Assembly: GCF_964355755.1 (NCBI RefSeq)
Contig: NC_092671.1
Coordinates: forward strand, 7,998,001 to 8,062,000
Length of the DNA stretch: 64,000 bases
Direction: 5' to 3'
DNA from: Antedon mediterranea
Taxonomy: Eukaryota > Animalia > Echinodermata
The stretch's first letter is position 1. Each line of letters starts with the position of its first letter. This document shows positions 41,945-54,419 of this stretch, one piece after another. Position numbers and translations under genes: made by a program. The notes below the pieces were generated by a model. It searched no databases. It saw nothing but the letters and a program-made list of their open reading frames with translations, and had not been told where the DNA came from.

Positions 41945-42072
41945 GTTCAATCGCATCACGTGGCCAGTCATCATATTCCTGGTGTCGTTAAACGGTAACT
42001 AAAAAGTTATTATAATTGATGTTATATAGTTACAAGTTGTTGGTGACTCTAAGCTGCTCACAAATCATTCAG
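41945..42072 (+). promoter_or_regulatory. Putative Hox6 proximal promoter with E-box
   Basis: TCACGTGG (CACGTG at 41957-41962, USF/Myc-type E-box) about 115 bp upstream of the ATG, followed by CAGTCATCATATTCCTGGTGT. Confidence 0.4.
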
Positions 42073-42604
42073 ATGAGCTCCTCTTATTTAAACTTCGGGC
42101 CTGATTTTTATCCAGTGCCGAACGGTTTATGCAATGCCGAGTTCTACGATCCGATAAAATATTTGCAAAATTACGCTACGGCTGAAAACGTTTCGCATCA
42201 GACGTACTGTTACGCAGGATATCGTCCACAGTTTCTTTTAGGCGCTACCAATATATTACCCACTCACCAAATTAGCGGTATTCACCAAGATCATACTGAA
42301 GATGAACACCTCAATATCAACATTGACGCCACTTCTAAGGGACAAAACACAAGCCTAACTAAATGCACTGGTTCCAATCAAGATGATTTGAAAAATGTTG
42401 AAACTTTGTCGGTTACTATTACGTCAGCAGACTGCACTAACGAATCAGAAAATAACTGTTTACCATCAGACAACAACAATAATATTAAGACCGATGAAAA
42501 CAATGCAAACGACAATAGTGACTTGATGACAAAAACAGTAGAACCTGGCAAAGTACGAATTCAGAAAAGAAGCTTATATCCATGGATGAAAGGACAGATT
42601 CAAG
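42073..42604 (+). CDS. Hox6: Hox6 coding exon 1 (MSSSYLN N-terminus, YPWM hexapeptide)
   Basis: ATG at 42073 gives MSSSYLNF, a degenerate SSYF motif (an in-frame upstream ATG exists at 42019). LYPWMKGQIQ is followed by donor CAAG|gtactg (GT at 42605), phase 1. Confidence 0.88.
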
Positions 42605-44868
42605 GTACTGTAAAATAGTATAATAATATAATTATATAATAATAATATTACAGCATTGTTATAATAACAATTCTTTGCTTTTTTTTTCAGTTGATCGATA
42701 ATTTATAATAATAATGTATAATAATCCATCGTTCATGTTTGTTGTTAGACAGTTTTACTGATTTCAATATTTTAAAATTCCTATTAAAACAAATATAATT
42801 ATAAATACATGTTACGAATTAAGAAAATATAGGAGAAATAAACAGACGAAATCAGGGTAAAGTTTGTTTCCAAGACAAAAAAGTGCTGGCGAGTGGGGTG
42901 GGGCTGGTGACGAGATCTTATATTTATTCTGACCCACTTGAGTTTAGGGTGAACTTTGTTGGTGCCCTTTGAATATGGGTTCTGCATTAAGTTTTTTAAT
43001 TATGCTACAAAACAAATATACATTATTAATTATATTTTGAGTCTGACACTTTTTAATAACTTGTTCAGAAATATAATTGTTAAAATTATATCCTTTTGGA
43101 GAAAATTATTCATGAGAAAGTCATAGTGAAAACAAGTGGAATGTTTCGTCCATTCTGTATACAACGATATGTCATCACATGAATTTACTGGCAGAGTTCA
43201 TGCCAAAGTGACGAAAGCTTACTAATTGCTAAAGCATAGCAGTAGAAAACTTGATGTGGATTAGATTGAGTGCAGGCGACAATTCGTGTAACTGAGCAGT
43301 ACACCGAAATGTTCCGTAAAATATTAAAATATGCTATAATCTAATTTCTATTTTATTTATTTATTAATTTTATTTGAACCATATTTAATGAGTGTGATCC
43401 ATCCAGCAATTAATTTGTTCAATATAGGCCTAATTATAATAAAACATAGGGCCTACTCACCTTTAAATGCGTTCTTCAGAGAAACTTATTTAAAATAGTT
43501 TTACTTATTTAATAAAGATGTATTAATTTATACCTTGCTAATTTTGATAGATAAGGTACTGATTCATAATAGGCCTATTACCATTGTTAGTTAATAAATG
43601 CATCAAACGTTCCGGATAAAATTCAACGGTTGTTATACTGCTCATTAGTTTGATTAAAACATTCTTTCACTATGAGTAAAACCCATAATGCCCGTTAGTG
43701 AACTTTGCTAAAGCTTTATACTCCGATTAATGTTCTTATTTTAACATCAAGGAAGTTCAGTATGTACTTTAATTGCACATACCAACCGTCAATCAGTATT
43801 TACAAGATGTGTCATATGAAGCATAGGCCTATACAGATTTACCGAAATGCATTTTTTCACGCAAGGTGAAACAAGTTCTGAACCGTGCACACTGACCGAC
43901 GAAAACTGTACACCTCAGCCTGGTGTACTGATGATGGATTATCGTCTACTATTTGACATAACTATCGTCATCGTACGTCAGGTAGGAGGGGGAAATTGGT
44001 AGTAGTACAGTACACAGCTTTACCGCAGTTTCACGATTGTCATAACAACCTTTTGTATTCAATCCGAGATCATTAAAGGTTAGGAATATGATTGATAACG
44101 CTTTTAGAACTTTAAACACATACGTTTTCCTTGTTAATTTAATATTTTATATTATGCCCATGACTTTCATCCTATAGCCATTATAGTTTAGGCCGGGTAA
44201 TTAGAGATTAATTTTGTCTAGGCTTAATTGAATGATTGATTTATCACAATCAGCGTAACCTACCCCCGCTTGTAGATGTCCTAAAACTAACCAAAGAAAA
44301 GTGAAATCACGATATCATATTAATATTGTATTTACCAGTAACGGGGAAAGTACGGCAGCCATAAAGGCCACGATAACTACAATTTTATGATTATTATAGA
44401 TGCGACTATAACTTTCTGTACTGATTCTGAGACGAAATATTTGAACAGCTTTAGGTGACGGTTCGTACTTTTAAATTGTGAATCTTAAGTTTGGAACACT
44501 TGGAACTCAATTTCGCACGTACTCCATCAAACGTGTCAAAAAAGTTATCCACTGATCAATAAATTGCGGTTGTTGGTACCAGCTGTGTGCTTAGGTGGTT
44601 ATGTGTTCCCCCTTGGACATCCCTGCAGACGAATAGCAATTAAAACATCACATTCGGGTCGCTTAACATTTGATCTTTAATTTTTCAAAACAATATCAAG
44701 TTCAAAGTTGGATGAAGACTTTCGATATCGCAGACTATGACGGAGCGACCAATGAAAGATATGCAAGTCGACCAGGAAATTATTAGGCCTATTACATACG
44801 TAGATGTTACGGGTACAAAACACAGTGCTTATTTTGCGCGTGCGTTTCAAATTTGAATTATTTATTTA

Positions 44869-45019
44869 AGCTCTGTCTACACTACCAAACTAGATTGACA
44901 AAAAAAAATGTAATGTGCCCATTGACATGATGATGTCAATCACTACCATAATTAAGCATATCATATTTGGGCACACCACACTTTTTTTGTCAAACAAGTT
45001 TGATAGTGTAGACAGAGCT
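44869..45019 (+). mobile_element. MITE family A, full-length copy inside the Hox6 intron
   Basis: Same TIRs (AGCTCTGTCTACACTACCAAACT / AGTTTGATAGTGTAGACAGAGCT), with TTA duplication at 44866-68 and 45020-22. Confidence 0.9.
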
Positions 45020-45170
45020 TTAGACAGATTTCATCAGTTTTCATTTCTTTTTGGAGTTTGAGCGGTTCTTCTGAATTGAATCTACAGCACTATGAGACAC
45101 CTCTATAAATTAAACTTTATTGTGAAATATGAACGTCAAAACCAGCTCATCCTTATGCAGGCGAGGTTGA

Positions 45171-45183
45171 GGGGGGGGGGGGG
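45171..45183. repeat. Poly(G) tract, 13 nt, in the Hox6 intron
   Basis: Directly visible. Confidence 0.95.
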
Positions 45184-46205
45184 AAGAGGGGTACACCACT
45201 TATTAAGGGGACATTTGTTTAGGTTCTAAAGGTGTCTCCTTATGGGTTCTAAGCTTTTATAGTTTTAATTTAGTCTAGTTGTATTTGTACATTTACAGGG
45301 CTTTCTACTTCTTTGTCAACAATATTCATAAATCGAAGGTCGATTATACTGTCAATCATTGCAATACTTTGTTCTCATAGACACTGGGTTAGGTTTATCT
45401 ATTGTGACCCTATAATAATTATATAAAATATTGTTTAGGGTTAAAGCATATGCGGTACAAGCAACATCGCCTTTCGTGTATTTTCTAAAATTTACAACAA
45501 TATTGCATTGAACATTGTGTGAATGGATTAGCGACTAGCTCAGCTAAACACAATGCTGTTTTATTCTACACTTCCTTTTCACAATTCTTTACTATTTTTA
45601 TACAATATAGGCCTATTATGTGATATTGAAAACAAATCCGACCTTGATGTAAAAATTTACAACACACATTGTGACTATTTTGGTATAATTATTATTAACC
45701 ATCCTTGGAATAGAAATTCAACATCAGCAAATAACAAACTTCTTCCAAAAGTGTACACAAACATGTTGTTTTGTTTCCATACAAATAAAAACTATTTTTT
45801 GTTTTGTAATGATGATTTTAGTACCAAACAATTCAGAATAAGGTTACGTCCACACTGAACCCGGATTCGGTTTTTGTAACTGAGATATGGATTACGTTAC
45901 GGTTAACGATAACACACGTGATTCTGTATACCGAATCCGGAATTTCTAGTGTGAATGGTTTTATTTTATTTTTTGGAAAAATCTATACTTCAAAGTCGAT
46001 TTTACTCTAAACAACAATAGATTTCAAACAAATTTTACCGCACTTCGTTTTATATAAATTATATCTACAATGCTACACATTTTAAAAGAAATAATACTGC
46101 ATTCCTTTAAACACTCAACTCATGTTTCACGATTGTTTATCCAGTCGTCTGAATCTAGGCTCTCTGTGTGAGCGTAACTAAAAACAGTCGTTGATTGTAT
46201 TTCAG

Positions 46206-46453
46206 ATCAAAGTAAATCATCTCGTAGAGGGCGTCAAACATACAGCCGACACCAAACTTTAGAACTGGAGAAAGAATTTCACTTCACACGCTACCTGACT
46301 AGAAATCGAAGATTGGAAATATCTGGCTCACTGGGACTATCTGAGAGACAAATAAAAATCTGGTTCCAAAACAGACGAATGAAATGGAAACGAGAAATAG
46401 GACCCTTGAAACATCCAGATTCGAATAATGATGATACACAAACGGCCATATAG
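46206..46453 (+). CDS. Hox6: Hox6 coding exon 2 (homeodomain 46220-46399), absent from the ORF track
   Basis: Manual translation: (D)[95 protein letters not shown] and MKWKRE resemble sea urchin Hox6 as recalled. Its position directly 3' of Hox7 supports the Hox6 call. Confidence 0.9.
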
Positions 46454-46873
46454 GCCCGAATAATATAATTATGATTATTATTATTATAGTTTTTGAAACA
46501 AATCTTTTGTAAAACCATCATTGCGATCAAACTACGACTGTATAGCTTATTTTTAAACATTACTAAAACCAATTCGTTAAATAACAATCATTTTTGTTAT
46601 AAAGACTGGTGCAGTTTGGAATGTAGGCCTAAGCATAAATATGTGTTTGTCATACACTCAAACCATCTGATAACAATTCTTTTTTAACTAACTTTAACTT
46701 TTATTAGTAAATTCGGATTGACTTAAATATGTGCCTTAATGTATACATGAGTGTACACATCAATTACATTTTGTTCTCGGCTAAGTTGTTCGTACACCTG
46801 GGCACCGTATACGTGCCTTTAAACATCGGCAACACATATGGCATTTTATAATTGTATTATAGCTATTTCTATC

Positions 46874-46902
46874 AATAAATATAATGTTTTTATGCTTTGT
46901 TT
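46874..46902 (+). terminator. Candidate Hox6 polyadenylation signal
   Basis: AATAAA at 46874-46879 followed by U/GU-rich tgtttttatgctttgttt, about 420 bp after the stop codon. Confidence 0.35.
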
Positions 46903-47364
46903 CAAATTGTTAACAAAGAATCTTTTTTAATAATAACTGAACACTTCATGATTGACGTCTATCAGTACTAACTGTCTGTATTCGTCTTGTACATACAGGT
47001 TGTATGCGAGTTGTGTTATTATAGTATTAATATCATATACACCATATAATTATATCATCTAACAAAATTATTAAAACTTTGTAAAATGCGCAATTTTGAG
47101 AGCTTTAATATTGAAAATGTTTATGGACGGGTCACTCAGCTAAACATTATTAATGGTGGCGCTGTTTTGAATTCAAAGAGAATCGCATGAGAGACAATAT
47201 AAGTTTGGCCATTTCCGAAAGTGGTGCATATTTTTTTTTAATTTGATATATTAGGATATTTACGAGTAATATTGTATTTAATTAGTCAATAGTTTGAAAC
47301 AGTCCCAGTTTATATGTTTGTTTAATAGGCCTAATTTATCAACCTCAAATGGATTAGGCACTCC

Positions 47365-47475
47365 ACGCCATGGAGGGGCTGAGATGGATAAGTGTAGCGG
47401 AAACCCTCTACTTTCTCGAAAGATGCACTGGATTCTTTAAAGTGCACATGAGTGAGATGTTACATACTGGACATC
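47365..47475 (-). mobile_element. SINE central-domain fragment (Nin-domain-like)
   Basis: CCCTCTACTTTCTCGAAAGATGCACTGGATTCTTTAAAGTGCAC resembles the reverse complement of the Nin domain consensus as recalled (CCCTACTCTTTTCGAATAG..GGGTTCTTTAACGTGCAC). Confidence 0.45.
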
Positions 47476-50400
47476 TAGTAAAGACTTGTTCTAGTAAACC
47501 ATGGTCGAGAAGAGCACAGGTTCACACCACATACGGATAAGGATGTTGGTATATGTATCTAGGCCTAAGGAAAAAACATAATTTTAAACAAATAAGGCCT
47601 CTTCTCCTTCGTTGAAAAACTACAATTTAAAAACTATGTGTTTGAACATAATTCAATTGAAAATTGATTTCTTGATTCCAATAAATCTAAATAATGTATA
47701 CAATATGGCCTATATGAAACAACAACCGTAGGGCTTACATATATTACAATATTTATTTTTTAAACACCTGTCACACACTAAAAAAAGAACAACTGAAATG
47801 TATAATTTAGGGCTAAGCATGGGAAGACATAATGTTTATCTGAACCTGTTGACACATTGCTTACTGTTCTTAACATTTCTGTACAGATACAAGTTGAAAT
47901 ATTCAGAGACGAATGTGAGGACATGGTTTACCTCTATATCGCCCTCTATAATTATTTATCACGTCTTTCATAATTCGCTCATGGAGGAGATAAAACCAAA
48001 TCCGTTGAAAATCTTACAATTTTGATTGACGACCGTTTCATGTAGGATTAATTAATAATTGATAGTTAATTAGAAATAATCTAATCATAATTAGTTTTTA
48101 AGAACTGGTCGTGTTAAAATTTATAAAACTTCTCTCAGATTATAAATAATTTATCGATATGATCGTAAATTACATGATTCCAATTCGCTGATTTGGTTAA
48201 AAAGTAGATACGGAACATAGGTTATAAATGGTTGTAAATAAGTCTAATAAATTATACAAATATGAAAATTTCTGTAAAAAATATATAAATCAGATTTAAA
48301 TTCAATTTATCAACCTGACACTATAGTATTAATGCGGTATTGAGTGCGTATCTATACGTTTATTTTCTATGCAAATATAAAGTAGGCCTAATAACATAAA
48401 GTTAAAATTTAACATCCAAGTTATAATAATGATAGCAAATGAAATGATTTAAAACAGTACATCATTGCTAAATCTTTTTAGAAAAATTGTGTTTACTAAT
48501 TTATATTGTAAGCACTTTACTTCACTTTTAAACGATATTAACCTTAGGCCTAACGATATTCATGGTATTAAATCAGTCCTACGTTTTAATTAATTTAATT
48601 AATAATCTTGATAATCTAATTATTATAATTATTAATTCCAAACATTAATATACATACAGGGGCCTAATTGTTTAAAAATTATGTTTGGAGCATCATATAA
48701 TATAGTGGTTGTTAAGCATAAGCGTTTGAATGTTAGTATTATGATTTTTATAAATACATAATTTTATGTTTTCGCTGTCCTTGTACTGTACATTCGATCC
48801 GGAGAACGTTAATGTTATCGACTCTAATTTATCAATTTTTTCAATATACTATCGAAACCATTTTACGTATTTTTGTAATAAATGACCGTATACATTTTTT
48901 TTAGTGCTATACATTATACATGTATACTAATCTATCCGATGTTGTAGGTAAAGCCAATGCACCTGTCTATACAAACATTACAGCGGTTTCAGGAGTTCAT
49001 TATACTTGGTCGTGCTTTCACATGAAGCCTACATGGATAAAGTATTATCCGGCCGAATGACCTGTCATGTATTTTAAAATTGTATTCGGTCGCGCTTTTT
49101 AATTATTACAAATGACAACCTCATGGAAGTACTATATACGGCATTACAATCATTCTGTATCTTATTTTAGTATGTGGTTCGGAAAAAATAGAATGCATCT
49201 TAATTGAAATTATCATCGGCTTTATTTTACAGTTGCTGATTTTTACTAGAAAATATGGTTTGAATACATTATCTTTACATTGGCATTGATCGTCATATTG
49301 TATCGGTCGCGCTAGTTTTAATATAAAAATTAATGGATACATAAATTGGATACATTCAATCACACGACATCGTCTTACCGTAAGTATTTCGGTCGCGCTT
49401 ATTTTTAACGACAAAGAATCCTACCGACAACATGGATATTATGTTGAATGACCTGTCATCGGCATTATCTAGTCTTTGGTGGATCTAACAGCTCATCTAA
49501 ATTGCATTTACGTTAGTAAACCCACATACATACGATACACCTATCTATTTTAGGGATTACGTGCTTTATGGCATTCATTTATACGTGGAATGTTTGAACG
49601 GTTGGATGGCAGCATGTGTAAACATGCGATTTGATCAAAATCCAGTTAAAGACAGTACAGTTACTTAGGCCTAGAGTTTGATACAAAGTAATAGTTTTCT
49701 GCATATACCAATATAATTAAATCACTGTTATAATAATATCATTATCAAATCCTAGAGTTCTGAGAGACAAGATATTAAACTACAGAATGAACCGTGTATA
49801 ATGAATTCATACATAAAGTATAGTGAACAAACTATACTTAATGAACTCAAGATAAATATAAATAATTCAACAGAAATAAGATATATTTCGAGCGATAAAA
49901 ATCATCCGGGTTTATTAGATATTGATATGGTCATAATTTCATATTACAATGTGAATAGATTATTGTGATTCCACTTGTGTATACTAATAGACCGATTATT
50001 ATTGAATAAATCGGATAATTTTACTAATTAACCAATGTTTCTCCAAAAGTGTGCCAAACACGAATGTACCGTATACATTACGTTTATAATATCACACTGT
50101 GGATCTAGTTATTTATATATAATATGCCTATAATCTACTGAAGGTTAGAGAACACGCACAGTCGGCAACAAGAAAAATTAAACTGGAATAAATACAAGAA
50201 ATAAAAGAAATTCTAAAACACCCATTGAATTAATTAATTTTAAACGGTAAAAGATGAAGAAATCTGTAATTATATATCTTTATATTGTACCGTGAACCAA
50301 AAAAAAAGGATGGAACATCGCTGAATCGAATAACATTGTTCTTGTGTGTAATATTTTCCAGTCCTCAATGTTAAAAAAAAAATATTCTTGTTTTTATAGA

Positions 50401-52864
50401 GGATACAAAATATAGTATTTTAATAAACTGAAGTATACCATAAAACACTATTATAAGTTCTATACCGATCATAATAACATCAGGGAAACACTGTTTGAAA
50501 TTTCCTGAAGTCTGATCGTTATAACATCGATTGAATACGAGTATATTAATCAAGATTTAGAAATTAATTCTAAATAAAACATAAGGTCGTAAATTATGTG
50601 AGCGCCAGACCATTTCATTTAGGAGATTTCAAGTATATTTTGAAAACAGGAAGGGAACAGCCTACAAACGTGAATACGGTCTGACTATACGACATATTAT
50701 ATTGATCAATAGGGTAATTCAATTTAAAAGACGTTATCCGTATCTAAACCGGTTGATTTGTTTGATCCAAGTCGCTTTGTTTCTTTGTGATACTTGACTT
50801 TTTAATAGCGTACTGCAGCAGTATTGCAATAATAATAATTATAATATTCAGACTCAAGATTAACAGGGGAAAAATATATGGTTGTCTAGTTACTGTATAG
50901 GCCTACACATATATGATATATTTATTATATTTAAGCTTATAAGGCATTTATTCAGATTAACAATAAAATGTGCCCTTTTTTTGTATGTTTCCGGATTTAT
51001 AATAATTGCATTATACAGAATGATTTTCCATACTATTGTGCAATAGTGATAGGCCTACTATAATACATATCTATGACTGTATTTTTTCACATTTAATATA
51101 TATTGTCTATGTGCATACATTTAAACAGCGGTATTAATTAACATGAGGGCGGTTTTGTGTGTATGATATAACTATTGTTATATCTTGGTAGGGTAATTGT
51201 GACGTACACGTAAACCCTTTAAATGAATTATTGGTATTGTGTTCATGAATAGTACATAATATATTTCATCGTAAACTAATTACCATTGGTGGTACAGTAC
51301 GTACAAGACAATATCACAGCATTAGAAACAATTGAAAAATCGTGAGCCTGTGATGCTATGACAAGAAAGTGGGTTGATATTACTGTTATATTCAATATTA
51401 ATAACCAAATACCAAGTTGACGACATAGAGCCGGTCAATCAGGCACAAAACAATACTAGAATTTAATTTACTCTTGTAAATTGCCTAAATTCAGCAATTA
51501 ATATACGTGTTATTTTAAACAAACGTTAAATTTCCGCATGCACGTACCGTACGAAACGTGTAGTGTGTTGTCGTCACGGTCGCCGTACGCCTAATAGATT
51601 GTTCAGAAATTAAGAACCAAAAAATGGACAGCGCTTACTGCAGATGCGATGTGTAATTAACGAAACAAAACGGAGGTAAAAATATAATTTGATTTATGTG
51701 TTGTTCTTACGTGTACGGACGACGACAGAGCTATGTAGTCCTGGTGTCGGCTTGTAAACCGTCGAAAACAATTAGCTTTTAAAGAAAAGTACGTGTTTTT
51801 GATTTCAATGAGAAAAAACCCCAATTTGATTGTTACAAAAACGTGGCTTAATTTTAGATGGATTTATTTGACTCACAGTATCTTTATGATAATATAAAAT
51901 CGCAATAAAACCAGGTTTAGTTATGAATATTATTTAATTTACCAAAGTATTATTTTATTAGGCCTATTTGTTTTTTTTTTATACATGGGCCTATTTGGAC
52001 TATTTTAAACCTTAAATACTATTTCTTAAAATGAAATAATTCGCTTAATGGGATATATCAATTTTGTTTTAGAATAATTTTTACAGATTATTTATGCATA
52101 GAGGAATTCCATGGTTCATGCGAATTGGTATTAAATCTACGGTGACACCTAGTTGTCGCTTGCGTTTAATGTTGAGTGTTATGATACGCATTTTGTACGC
52201 GTGTGCGTCAATTTCGTGACTCATCTTTGTGCAGCGTATTGTTTGATCATAACAATTTAAGGAAACAATTTTGGAGTTATTGATTAACGAATATGTCCGA
52301 TTGCATGAGTTTTTGTATTCAACACGATTTGCAATGAAATATCATTTACTAATGAATAAATGCCATTATAGTACCGTTATTGTGAAATATGGGCCTGTCA
52401 ATATCATCTCTTTTTAGTAGACTTCATTATGATATTTCCTTGGCCTTGTTGTCCGTCAGCGGCCTGTGTACAACACGGTCTTATAAATCGTATATAGCAT
52501 AACAAAATCTTAAATTGAGGTTGACCATGTCCAAACCAGCTAAAAGAAGGATTTATTTAGTCTTAAGTTGACTATATTTTATAACTTAGTTTAATGAATT
52601 GACGGTGAATTCAGTATATCACTCAAAGAACCGCGACAATGATGGATAGCCTATTAGATGGCATTCGCATTCGACTTGTTGCGTTGTCAATAATATAAAC
52701 GGCTTACTTTTCACTATTCACTGCAGTCCATCATTACACTTAGGCCGTAAATAATATACCGTTTTGTTTCACTCGAAGCTATATATGTTTACACCTTGCA
52801 AATCGCTCGAATGTGTATGTGTATATAGTGAAGTTCTGTGTGGTGACCAATGGAGAATATTATT

Positions 52865-52999
52865 GCTTGGTTTCTACTACAGGCAAGGGCATTAAGCGCA
52901 ACGCAAGTAATTTGACCAATCACAAGCAATGAATAAGTCGAACAGTCCCTTGTGACTGTTCAACTCGCCTACGTTGCGCTTACGTCATTGCGTTGCGTC
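52865..52999. mobile_element. Degenerate palindromic MITE (family C)
   Basis: Nested inverted repeats TAAGCGCAACG/CGTTGCGCTTA and TGACCAATCACAAG/CTTGTGACTGTTCA. A related fragment lies at ~16506-16583 (GCTTGGTTTC...ACGCAACGCAA...TGATTGG). Confidence 0.6.
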
Positions 53000-53166
53000 A
53001 TAATGGATATTTACCGTGTATATACGTTTAACAAAAATAAATATACAAATAAAACGTTAATATTACTATGACACTAATTCTTTACTTTTATATTAGGAAG
53101 GTATATTACATTTTAAGAACAATACATTATTGCTCTCTAAAAAAAGGAAAGACATTATATTTATAA

Positions 53167-53285
53167 AGCTCTGCCTATACACTATCAAACTAGTTTGACA
53201 AAAAAGTGTGATGTGCCCAAATAGGGTAGTGATATGCCAAAATATGGTAGTGATGACATCATCATGTCTATATATGGACACATTA
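53167..53285 (-). mobile_element. MITE family A, partial copy, reverse orientation
   Basis: TAA|AGCTCTGCCTATACACTATCAAACTAGTTTGACAAAAAAGTGTGATGTGCCCAAATA... is the reverse complement of the right half of the 61308 copy. Confidence 0.85.
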
Positions 53286-54159
53286 TATACGTAGCTTATT
53301 ATTATTGACCTAGATAAACAATGTTGTTATTATTAAAACCTATAAATACTATTATCAATACTGTCTGCATCCATTCCGGCGTCATTAACTAAAATGACTA
53401 AACATTGCATAACTTAACGCATCATGCCGTAATACACTACAGGTTTTAAAATGAGAAATAAAATAAGCTACAAAGTGCATTAATCATATTAAACGAGACA
53501 GATTACCAGTTGTCTATGGACTTTTATCTATATTTAAATTGCTCTAACTTTATTACATTGCAAATATTTCAATAGAAAACAAACAATGGGTATGCCATGG
53601 TAAAAAACTAAGATGTAAGATCGACTATATTGTCTTCAAACAGATGTATTTTAGCATTGTACCTAAATAAGTATATGAGAACTAATTATACTAATTATCT
53701 GTCAAGTGTATACTCTAAAGTGACGCGTGTTGAAGATAATGATTATTATGTGGTTAACTTTAATTGATTTACTTGAAGAATAATTACTGTACATCTCATT
53801 GATTGTTGTAAAGGTGATGTTGGCAGTGGTAGCAGAAAAAGTGCAACGTGATTTAGAAACATGGAACAAATTAAATAAGACAACAAGAATAAGACAAAAA
53901 CAGGGCATGTATCATTTTAACAACAAACATAAAGACATTGGTAAAATAGGCGCTTTAGAGCAACGTTTATGTATATCATTATTTAACAAGTAACACGCTT
54001 ATAACATTCGAGCTCAAGAAAAAATCTTTGTCTCGTAAACTTTATAACTGTGTTTTCTAATCCAAGGCCCCTAAATGTGGAAACGCGTATTTATATTATC
54101 AAATCAATTATTATTAAATACATCTCAAAGTTGCATACGTAAACAGAACCAATGATTTC

Positions 54160-54419
54160 GAGTATTTGTAGGACAAAAATACAGCAATAGTAAAAGTGAC
54201 TATAATCGATCTTATGTACCATACTTTCCTCTGGCCTTTGTGTTAGGCCTATAGTATTTTATAATGTTAATTATGTTGCTAGTATAGCTAAATATCAGAG
54301 CACATGAGTACTTGTAGGACCAACAGTAAAAAGGAACTATATCTTATGTACAAGAAATTCCATCTGGCTTCTCTTTATTAGTCCACAGTATTTTATAATG
54401 TTAATGTTGCTGGTATAGC
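54160..54419. repeat. Degenerate tandem dimer (~145-bp period)
   Basis: GAGTA(T/C)TTGTAGGAC, ATCTTATGTAC, TCTGGC, AGTATTTTATAATGTTAAT and TGTTGCT(A/G)GTATAGC each occur twice in the same order. Confidence 0.8.

Larger units (their letters stand above)
42605..46205 (+). other. Hox6: Hox6 intron (3601 bp, GT..AG, phase 1)
   Basis: Donor gtactg at 42605 and acceptor ttgattgtatttcag ending 46205, with branch-like taactaa upstream. Splicing restores the frame (532+248 nt = 259 aa + stop). Confidence 0.85.

Noticed and set aside
42016-42072. Longer Hox6 N-terminus from 42016/42019
   Set aside because: The conserved MSSY-type motif starts at 42073. Use of the upstream ATG cannot be excluded but is unsupported.
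46186-46205. In-frame upstream AG (18 nt) that would lengthen the Hox6 linker by 6 aa
   Set aside because: It is preceded by an A-rich, branch-point-like sequence with no pyrimidine tract, so it is an unlikely acceptor.
46291-46587. 98-aa minus-strand ORF overlapping the Hox6 homeobox
   Set aside because: It is an antisense shadow of the real + strand homeobox exon, has a non-ATG start and shows no recognisable domain.
54241-54260. TAGGCCTA present in one unit of the 54160 dimer but not the other, as evidence for insertion
   Set aside because: The other unit (TAGTCCACAGT) aligns with substitutions and a 1-nt gap, so it is not a clean TA empty site.
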